From: Parcubacteria group bacterium LiPW_15
Lineage (GTDB): Bacteria > Patescibacteriota > Minisyncoccia > UBA6257 > 2-01-FULL-56-20
Assembly (NCBI GenBank): GCA_007375645.1
Contig: VMER01000001.1
Span: 337,576 to 401,575, forward strand
Reading direction: 5' to 3'
Length of the DNA: 64,000 nucleotides
The notes under the pieces are model-generated. The model did not search any database and was not told the origin of the DNA. It was given only the letters and a program-made list of their open reading frames with translations. Positions 57,430 through 64,000 of the stretch are shown piece after piece (the stretch's first letter is position 1; each line of letters opens with the position of its first letter). The position numbers and the translations under genes are program-made.

Positions 57430-59487
57430 CTATCCGATGAGCCTTAGGAATTCCTTTTCGCTTAGGATTTTGACCCCCAGCTCTTTAGCCTTCTTATACT
57501 TACTCCCCGGCTCGGCACCGGCCACGAGATAAGAGGTTTTGGAGCTAACCGATTCGGAAACGTCTCCCCCAAGTTCTCTTATCTTTTGTTTCGCAAGCTC
57601 GCGAGACATGGAATCCATGGAACCGGTGATGACAAAAGAAAGGTCTTTCAGTTTTTCGACTTTCACCGAAGGCGGCGCGAGAACAATCACTACCCCGGCG
57701 GCTTCAAGCTTTCCCAAAAGATGAGTATTCCTTTTTTCCTTGAACCATTCGTAAATGCTTTCGGCGACTTTCGGACCAATATCTTTTATCTCTTGTAATC
57801 GCTCCAGCGAAAGTCCGCCGTAAAAGTTCAAAAATTTGGAAATGCTCAAGCGCCCACTCTTCTTCTCCGGAAATATATTCGCAAGGGTTATCGCAGTTTC
57901 TTCGCCCACATGAATTATTCCTAAGGAGTAAATAAAGCGTGAAAGAGGGACTGATCTTTTCGCTTCGACTTCTTTTATAACATTTTCCGCCGACTTTTCA
58001 CCGAAACGAGGCAGGGCTTCCACATCTCCTTGTTTCAGGGTAAAAATGTCCGCCGCATCGACTATCAAGCCCTCGTCCAATAATCTATCTATTATTTTTG
58101 GACCCAAACCGTCCAAATTAAATCCTCCGCGGGATATAAAATGATAAAGCTGCTCCCTGTGTCGCGCGCCGCAATACTTGTTGGAACATTTATAAGCCAC
58201 CCCGTCACGAATGACCCCGGACCCGTCTACGGGACAGTTCTCCGGCATCTTGAACTTTTTTTCCTTGCCGGTCCGGAACTCCGGCAAAACCTTGGTTATT
58301 TGCGGGATAACGTCTCCGGCCCGGGAAACGATAACTGTGTCGCCAACCCTTACCCCAAGCCGTTCTATCTCATCCGCATTATGAAGGCTCGCGTGGGTTA
58401 TGGTCACGCCGCCCACGTTCACCGGACGCATCACCGCGACCGGCGTCAGCGCCCCAGTACGACCGACCTGAACCTCTATCGCCTCCACAATGGTCGTGGC
58501 TTCCCTCGGAGAAAACTTGTAGGCGATTCCCGCGCGCGGAGTTTTGCCGATTATCCCCGCTTCTTCGTATGTGGCGTTGTCGTTTATGGAAATAACTATG
58601 CCGTCTATTTCATAAGCAAGGCGCTCTCTCATTTTTAGAACGTCTTTATGAAATTCGAATATCTCTTCTATATTTCTCGCAACTATGCCGTGCGGATTGG
58701 TTTTGAGCCCGTATTTATTGAGTTCGGCGTATTCCTCGGATTTTGTTCTGTATCCGGGAGTAACAACATCGTAGGCGTAAAAATCCAATTTCCTTGAGGC
58801 GGTTATCTTCGGATCCAATTGCCGTATGGAACCGGCGGCGACATTGCGAGGATTCGCATAGGGTTTTTCTCCTTTTTTCTCCTGCTCGCGGTTCAGCCTC
58901 GCAAATTCTTTTTTGGTCAGGAAGGTTTCCCCGCGAACGATGAGGCGCTTGGGATATCCGCCCTGCCTGCCGGCAGGCAGGTCCCCTCTCTCGAGTCTTA
59001 AGGGTATCGCGTCAATAGTTTTCAAATTTTCCGTGACATCTTCGCCGATCATGCCGTCTCCGCGCGTGGACCCGGAAACAAAGAGGCCATCTTCGTAGAT
59101 AAGCTCCATCGCGAGACCGTCCATTTTTAGATCGCAATAAAATCCGTTTTTTGCGAAACTAGTTTTGGGTCCGAAATAATTTTTTAGACGCGTGAGCCAT
59201 TCCTGAATATCCTGCGGGGAAAATGCGTCGTTTAGGGAGATCATCCGCGTTCCGTGCCTGACTTTTTTAAAAGCGGAAAGCGGCTTTCCCCCAACCCGTT
59301 GAGTCGGTGAATCTTTGGCAATAAATTCCGGATAGCGCGATTCCAGATCAAAAAGCTCCTTCTTTAAAGAGTCCAGGGCCCCTTCGGAAATAAGAGATTT
59401 ATCCAAAACATGGTACGCGTAGCGGTACTTATTTATTTCCGTCTTTAGTTTTTCGATACGCTTCTTGGCCTCATCCTTAGCCGTCAT
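57430..59487 (-). CDS. ligA: NAD-dependent DNA ligase
   Basis: 685 aa; adenylation KxDG region, OB fold, Zn finger, HhH and BRCT; carries an in-frame 7 aa insertion LPAGRQG encoded by the 20 bp palindrome. Confidence 0.95.
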   Translation of the reverse strand: MTAKDEAKKRIEKLKTEINKYRYAYHVLDKSLISEGALDSLKKELFDLESRYPEFIAKDSPTQRVGGKPLSAFKKVRHGTRMISLNDAFSPQDIQEWLTRLKNYFGPKTSFAKNGFYCDLKMDGLAMELIYEDGLFVSGSTRGDGMIGEDVTENLKTIDAIPLRLERGDLPAGRQGGYPKRLIVRGETFLTKKEFARLNREQEKKGEKPYANPRNVAAGSIRQLDPKITASRKLDFYAYDVVTPGYRTKSEEYAELNKYGLKTNPHGIVARNIEEIFEFHKDVLKMRERLAYEIDGIVISINDNATYEEAGIIGKTPRAGIAYKFSPREATTIVEAIEVQVGRTGALTPVAVMRPVNVGGVTITHASLHNADEIERLGVRVGDTVIVSRAGDVIPQITKVLPEFRTGKEKKFKMPENCPVDGSGVIRDGVAYKCSNKYCGARHREQLYHFISRGGFNLDGLGPKIIDRLLDEGLIVDAADIFTLKQGDVEALPRFGEKSAENVIKEVEAKRSVPLSRFIYSLGIIHVGEETAITLANIFPEKKSGRLSISKFLNFYGGLSLERLQEIKDIGPKVAESIYEWFKEKRNTHLLGKLEAAGVVIVLAPPSVKVEKLKDLSFVITGSMDSMSRELAKQKIRELGGDVSESVSSKTSYLVAGAEPGSKYKKAKELGVKILSEKEFLRLIG
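58962..58981. repeat. perfect 20 bp palindrome CCTGCCTGCCGGCAGGCAGG (copy 3 of 3), inside the ligA coding sequence
   Basis: exact match; ligA remains a continuous ORF across it. Confidence 0.9.
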
Positions 59488-59527
59488 AGGCTTATTTTAA
59501 CTCAATCCGAGGCCGCTCGCGAGGCGA

Positions 59528-59983
59528 TTAGAAAGTCAGACCAAAAGCGCGGCTGGAGTTTCCGGAAGTGCCCAAGGATTTAAAGGTGGTGCTTGATGCG
59601 CTTTCCCCCGGAGTACAATTTGCCATTGGGGCGCCATTCATATCGAAACAATACTGAGTTGTTATCGCTTTTGCGTTGTTCCCGAGCGTCAGAGTTTTCC
59701 CGTTCCAGGTCATCTGATTCGGAGCCGGACAAGGAGTTTTTCCCGCATCGTTCGCGCAAAACCAGTTATAAAGCGTCCATTCAATACCCGCATCCGCTGC
59801 GTAAATTGCTTTGCCGGAGTTGGCAAGGTCGGTAGCCTGGCGTATTTGATAGAGCATTAAAAGCCCGGCAATAGTCGTCGCACCTAATATCGCGCCACCC
59901 AAAGCCATGACCGTTAAGATCATCACCTGCCCTGACCTGTGCTGAGTTTTATCGAAACAGCGAATTGAATCTCTCTTAGTCAC
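59528..59983 (-). CDS. hypothetical membrane-anchored protein (possible pilin/pseudopilin-like)
   Basis: 151 aa; N-terminal hydrophobic helix; two Cys pairs; no canonical prepilin G-F-x-x-x-E. Confidence 0.4.
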   Translation of the reverse strand: MTKRDSIRCFDKTQHRSGQVMILTVMALGGAILGATTIAGLLMLYQIRQATDLANSGKAIYAADAGIEWTLYNWFCANDAGKTPCPAPNQMTWNGKTLTLGNNAKAITTQYCFDMNGAPMANCTPGESASSTTFKSLGTSGNSSRAFGLTF

Positions 59984-60068
59984 AAGTTAATTATACCTCA
60001 TTGCCAGAGAACAGAAACAAAGACGGGCCTTCATGCCCGCCTTTGTTAAGATTCGCACTTGTTTTCCC

Positions 60069-63000
60069 CTACTGCTTACACGTCGGATCGATCGGATTAC
60101 ATTCGATTATAGAGGTTACGGTCACACCAATGTTCGCGATGGTCTTAACCCCGCCCCTCAGACACTCCAGGATATATTGTCCGGTCTTTGTGGGCGTTAC
60201 TTTCTGAATAGCGCCGCAAGAACTCGCAGCCGGACAAGAGGACGGAACCGAACCCAGGGAAACTTTGGTGCCGCTTGTTGTATCGTAAAGCACACATCCG
60301 GTTACGCCGGAATCGCAACTCCAGGTGAGAGTCGATGAGCTTCCCTTGGAAATGATCTTCGGATTGGCTGACATTGTGCAGGAAGTCGGAGCGGTACAGC
60401 CCTGACCGATAGTCGTGCATTGGTTCTCCCCGGGACCACCGACTATTAAACATGCATTGTTCTGACACTCCAAATGTATTACTCCAGCGCCGCCGCAACC
60501 TGGATCGCCCGTACAAAGATTGGTTCCCGCGCCGGCAACGTTAACGCAAGATTGTGTAGCCGGATCGCAAGCTGCATGGAATGGGTCGCCTCCTCCCACG
60601 CCTCCACAATCCGCGCTTGCACTGCATCTGTCCGGACCTCCACCGGTCACGTTTGCACAAGAATTATTTACGCATTCTTTATGCGTTCCCCCGCCCGGAG
60701 GAGTGGAGCAGCCACTACAATCGGTAACTCCGCAGCCGGGAATAGATGTACAAGCACCCGCGACACAGCCGTTATGAGGACTCGTCTGGCCCGCCGGACA
60801 AGAAGCCGGTACACAGGCGTTGCCGTTTTTAACATATCCGCTTCCGCATCTGGCTTCGCACTTCACCTGAGGGGTACAAGCGCTTACAAGCGTGGTCGGC
60901 GTATCGACAGTGAGTCCGCTTGTGTCTCCGGAACAATACAGGGAATTCGCGGGAAGGCTGCCGGTACAAACATATTCCGCCGATACGCACAATCCTCCTT
61001 CATTGACGCAACCATCTTCATTTGAGCCGCCTCCATCTACTAATACGCAAGAATTATTGGCGCAGGCAAGGTGGCTTCCTCCGCTACAGGATTCACCCAC
61101 GCTACCGCAACCGTCTTGATTCGCGCCACCGCCGTCCAGCATGGCACAGGAATTACCCACGCACCCAAGATGATATCCCCCGCTACAGGACTGATCTACG
61201 CCGGTGCAGCCGTTCTCATTTGCGCCACCACCCGGCAGCACGGCGCAGGAATTGCCGACACACGCAAGATGATTTCCTCCCCCGCCGCAAACCTGACCGG
61301 CGTTATTGCATCCATCCAAATTGCCCACGGCGCCGCGAACGCGCACGCAAGAACTGCCCAAACATTCCAAATGACTGCTCCCGCTCGAACAGGAAAGAAT
61401 AAAATCCGCGGTTCCGCCGGGACTAATCGTTTGCGAAGCGGGACCCGAAAGAACACATGGCTCATACCCGCTTATCGTATATTGGCCATCTGTCGCCTTG
61501 TAGCTTACAAAATAATCCGAGCCCGAACTTCCGCTTTGATTGTCTCCCGGCACAACGTTGTTAACGGTCAGAGCCGTGGCGTTATCCGCCGGAGTCGGAC
61601 CGCTCATTGTCCAATTCGCAGGATATCCGTTTTTGTATGTAACTCGAACCGAACCTCGACAGTCTTTAATAGCAACCAATGCGTTGGATTGACCCCAGCC
61701 GGAAAAACTCGCCCTGGTATCAACTTCCTGGCGATAACCCTTGACCGGAATACCGGATCCATCATCAGCGCAGGAATGCGGAGTTTGTCTCGAACCATTA
61801 CCGGCTGCATCGGTCCCCATCCACTCCGGGTTAAGATGGCTGAAAGAACGCGCAATAGTCGGATAAAGATCATATTCCTCGGCAATTCTGGAAAGCTCTG
61901 CCGTGCTGTTCGGCTTACCGCCGGTCACACTAGCCACCGCATTTTCGTCTTGCCAACCAAAAGCGTTGGGAACAATAGTAAGTTGCACGTTATGCGAGAC
62001 CGCAGAAACGGTAACTGGCGTGAATGCTACTAATCCTTGGAACCCTCCGCTAACCTGTGCAGTCCCGGGAGCAATGCCGGTTAAGGTGGCGCTATCATCG
62101 GTTTCTGAAGTCCTTTTGATAACACTAAAGTTGTTGGAATCGATGTTCGCCCCGGCACCCACCGGCATACTCACAGATCCGTTCGTATACCAGGCATGAT
62201 AAACCAAACTTCCACCGACTCCAACAGAGCTATTGGTCGGCGTAATCGTTAGACTCCCCGTTCCACAATTATGAGACGGCTCACAACTCGAAGGTTCGCT
62301 GCCGGGAACACTTATACAAGAAACTCCATCCAGAGAGCAGGCATAGTGCTGATCGCCCGGAGGAAGAGTGACTGTCACCACATCCTGCGCGGAACCGGCA
62401 AAATCTCCATACGGATCTCTGCAAGTTATCCCAAAGGTAGTGGTCCGATCGATCGCAGGATAGCTGGCGCTTCCGCTCGCACCGGCTCCCGAACCCGAAA
62501 GAGGCGCGGATTGGCCGGAATTCCAACCAGCGGTGGCCGGAGAAGAAAACTTTGTGCACTCGTAATCGGCCCCGTTCAATCTTGGATCGTTACTCGTAAC
62601 CCCATACGTAATATTTCCGGAAACTCCGGTTGTCCCCGCACCTGGCCTGGCCTCAACGCTTATCGTCGGAGCCATTCCCGCGACATCAACCACTGTCGAA
62701 CAAACTCCTGAGCCGGCCACATTCGAACAGGTCATGGTATAAGTCGTCGGAAGCTGGGTAGAAAAAGAAACACTCCCGCCGGAAGGAGGATTAACGGTGC
62801 CCGGAGAATTGCCGCAAACTCCACTTCCATAAGGTCCAGAGCAGGAAGCCGCGATCGAACAGCTCGTTGGATTGCCATTGCCAGTCCAAGATAGAGTTCC
62901 GGAAACAGAAGTGTTGCTCGGACTTAGCACTCCCGAACTCGGATTTGCGGAAATAGAACAGGAAGCGGTCGGGGGTTGGAGTACATTTACGGTTGCCCTA

Positions 63001-63455
63001 ACGGTCGGACTGTCGCCGTTTGCATTACTGCAGTACATATCCACCCAATGAGTGCCGGGAGAAGCCCAAGACCACGGCGAAGAACCAGGAGTACTCAGCG
63101 TATACGGGAAAGATCCGTCCGGAGTTCCGTGGCAAACCGTGGCTCCCCTCGATGCGCTCCAAGACACGAGCACGTTTTCACCGGCATTAACCGTCCCCGG
63201 ATCAATGGTCAGCGAGGTTACCGGCAAACAAGAAGGCGAGGCCGCGCAGCTTGCTTGATCGGCATAGAGGCCACTGGGCGTAGGCCAAGTATCCGAATAA
63301 GTACAGGCATAATCGTCGATCGCGGCACACTTCCAACCATCGTATGGGCCTTCCCCCGGTGCGACAGCCGCATTGGCGCTAGCCGCAAAAAAAAGTGTAA
63401 GTGCGGCAAAGGCGAAAAGGATAATATTTATTTTTTTCATTTTATTTTTGGGCAT
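60069..63455 (-). CDS. giant secreted Cys/Gly/Ser/Thr-rich surface protein with tandem roughly 30 aa Cys repeats
   Basis: 1128 aa; N-terminal signal peptide; repeats of C(V/A)GNSC(A/V)xLxGGGAN(E/Q)xGC..SCSGGxHL. Confidence 0.8.
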   Translation of the reverse strand: MPKNKMKKINIILFAFAALTLFFAASANAAVAPGEGPYDGWKCAAIDDYACTYSDTWPTPSGLYADQASCAASPSCLPVTSLTIDPGTVNAGENVLVSWSASRGATVCHGTPDGSFPYTLSTPGSSPWSWASPGTHWVDMYCSNANGDSPTVRATVNVLQPPTASCSISANPSSGVLSPSNTSVSGTLSWTGNGNPTSCSIAASCSGPYGSGVCGNSPGTVNPPSGGSVSFSTQLPTTYTMTCSNVAGSGVCSTVVDVAGMAPTISVEARPGAGTTGVSGNITYGVTSNDPRLNGADYECTKFSSPATAGWNSGQSAPLSGSGAGASGSASYPAIDRTTTFGITCRDPYGDFAGSAQDVVTVTLPPGDQHYACSLDGVSCISVPGSEPSSCEPSHNCGTGSLTITPTNSSVGVGGSLVYHAWYTNGSVSMPVGAGANIDSNNFSVIKRTSETDDSATLTGIAPGTAQVSGGFQGLVAFTPVTVSAVSHNVQLTIVPNAFGWQDENAVASVTGGKPNSTAELSRIAEEYDLYPTIARSFSHLNPEWMGTDAAGNGSRQTPHSCADDGSGIPVKGYRQEVDTRASFSGWGQSNALVAIKDCRGSVRVTYKNGYPANWTMSGPTPADNATALTVNNVVPGDNQSGSSGSDYFVSYKATDGQYTISGYEPCVLSGPASQTISPGGTADFILSCSSGSSHLECLGSSCVRVRGAVGNLDGCNNAGQVCGGGGNHLACVGNSCAVLPGGGANENGCTGVDQSCSGGYHLGCVGNSCAMLDGGGANQDGCGSVGESCSGGSHLACANNSCVLVDGGGSNEDGCVNEGGLCVSAEYVCTGSLPANSLYCSGDTSGLTVDTPTTLVSACTPQVKCEARCGSGYVKNGNACVPASCPAGQTSPHNGCVAGACTSIPGCGVTDCSGCSTPPGGGTHKECVNNSCANVTGGGPDRCSASADCGGVGGGDPFHAACDPATQSCVNVAGAGTNLCTGDPGCGGAGVIHLECQNNACLIVGGPGENQCTTIGQGCTAPTSCTMSANPKIISKGSSSTLTWSCDSGVTGCVLYDTTSGTKVSLGSVPSSCPAASSCGAIQKVTPTKTGQYILECLRGGVKTIANIGVTVTSIIECNPIDPTCKQ
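60960..61390 (-). repeat. tandem coding repeats (about 90 nt unit, 4 or more copies) inside the giant protein gene
   Basis: repeated GCG..GNSCA..GGGANxxGC protein motif; extent approximate. Confidence 0.5.
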
Positions 63456-63903
63456 AAGCGATTATGACCTTTGTCCCAAATCCGATATTTTCAAAAGTTA
63501 TGTTTAATTCCTGCGCGCCCTTGCTCGCATAGTAAAAAGTGTTCATGGCCAAGGGATCCGCCTCATGAGCCACCATCCACCCATTCTCTCTTAAGTATGC
63601 CCCGTAATCGGCGACCATCTGAATCAAAGGACGCCGGGAAGTAAACGTGGTTGCCGGCTGGTTAACCTTCTGGGCCCTGTAATCCAAGGCGTAGCTATCC
63701 AGGATCCTCGCCTGCGGATCCAAGATCAGAGCCCGATCAAAACCGGCGACAACCTCCCCCTCCGGCGAGGTTTTAATCGAATATGGCATGCGGGAAGAGT
63801 AGAGCAGATACCCGCCCACAATAGCGGCGACGGCGACCAACCCTATAATTATTTTGACGAGGGTCGACTTGCTTTTTTCTAAATGTTCTTTTTGCCCGAT
63901 CAT
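63442..63903 (-). CDS. hypothetical membrane-anchored protein
   Basis: 153 aa; N-terminal TM; overlaps the giant protein gene start by 14 nt. Confidence 0.5.
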   Translation of the reverse strand: MIGQKEHLEKSKSTLVKIIIGLVAVAAIVGGYLLYSSRMPYSIKTSPEGEVVAGFDRALILDPQARILDSYALDYRAQKVNQPATTFTSRRPLIQMVADYGAYLRENGWMVAHEADPLAMNTFYYASKGAQELNITFENIGFGTKVIIAYAQK

Positions 63904-64000
63904 ATTTTTATTTTATTTTTTGCTTATGACCTTATTTATTTTAAATCTACGCGAGAACCGGGACGCGACTCGTATCCATTAGACTTATTATAGCATTTTG

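Noticed and set aside
57430-59487. Idea that the palindrome in ligA marks a frameshift or pseudogene
   Set aside because: ligA translates continuously across it with all catalytic and structural domains intact; interpreted as an in-frame loop insertion.

Overview
This 64 kb window comes from a small-genome bacterium with moderate GC (about 48-52%). Gene content suggests a Candidate Phyla Radiation / Patescibacteria-like lineage, inferred only from content: truncated dnaX, pyk and pheT, many secreted Cys-rich proteins, and a high tRNA density. Almost all genes are on the minus strand. The housekeeping backbone is the str operon, with a five-gene insert between fusA and tuf (rpsL-rpsG-fusA-[insert]-tuf-rpsJ). 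It also includes recG, mraY, a D-Ala-D-Ala carboxypeptidase, scpA/scpB, dnaX, dus, pepF, pyk, ftsE/ftsX, prfB, cca, pheS/pheT, murD, gatC/gatA and ligA. There are 11 canonical tRNAs, one non-canonical tRNA-like gene and one tRNA 3'-half fragment. No rRNA and no CRISPR array were seen. Five unusual things stand out. (1) Three copies (plus one degenerate trace) of a 155-285 bp miniature element sit at the 3' ends of tRNA-Ala(CGC), tRNA-Asp and a tRNA-like gene. Each is bounded by 10-17 bp direct repeats of the tRNA 3' end. Each carries a conserved core (wTyTCCnCCACGG-hairpin-GnTTCCCCGACCCC), an inverted copy of the local tRNA T-arm and a nested-palindrome terminator. (2) A perfect 20 bp palindrome, CCTGCCTGCCGGCAGGCAGG, occurs three times, once as an in-frame insertion inside ligA. 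(3) A 4 kb insert between fusA and tuf encodes a TylF-like methyltransferase, a homopolymer-frameshifted gene, an RHH/zinc-ribbon protein and an ABC1/UbiB-family kinase. (4) A low-GC island next to tRNA-Gln carries a Schlafen/AlbA_2-like protein and a frameshifted HAD hydrolase. (5) Several GC-rich (about 60%) one- or two-gene islets each end in a GC-rich intrinsic terminator. There is also a giant Cys-rich tandem-repeat secreted protein. All protein identifications come from reading motifs by eye; none were verified by search.
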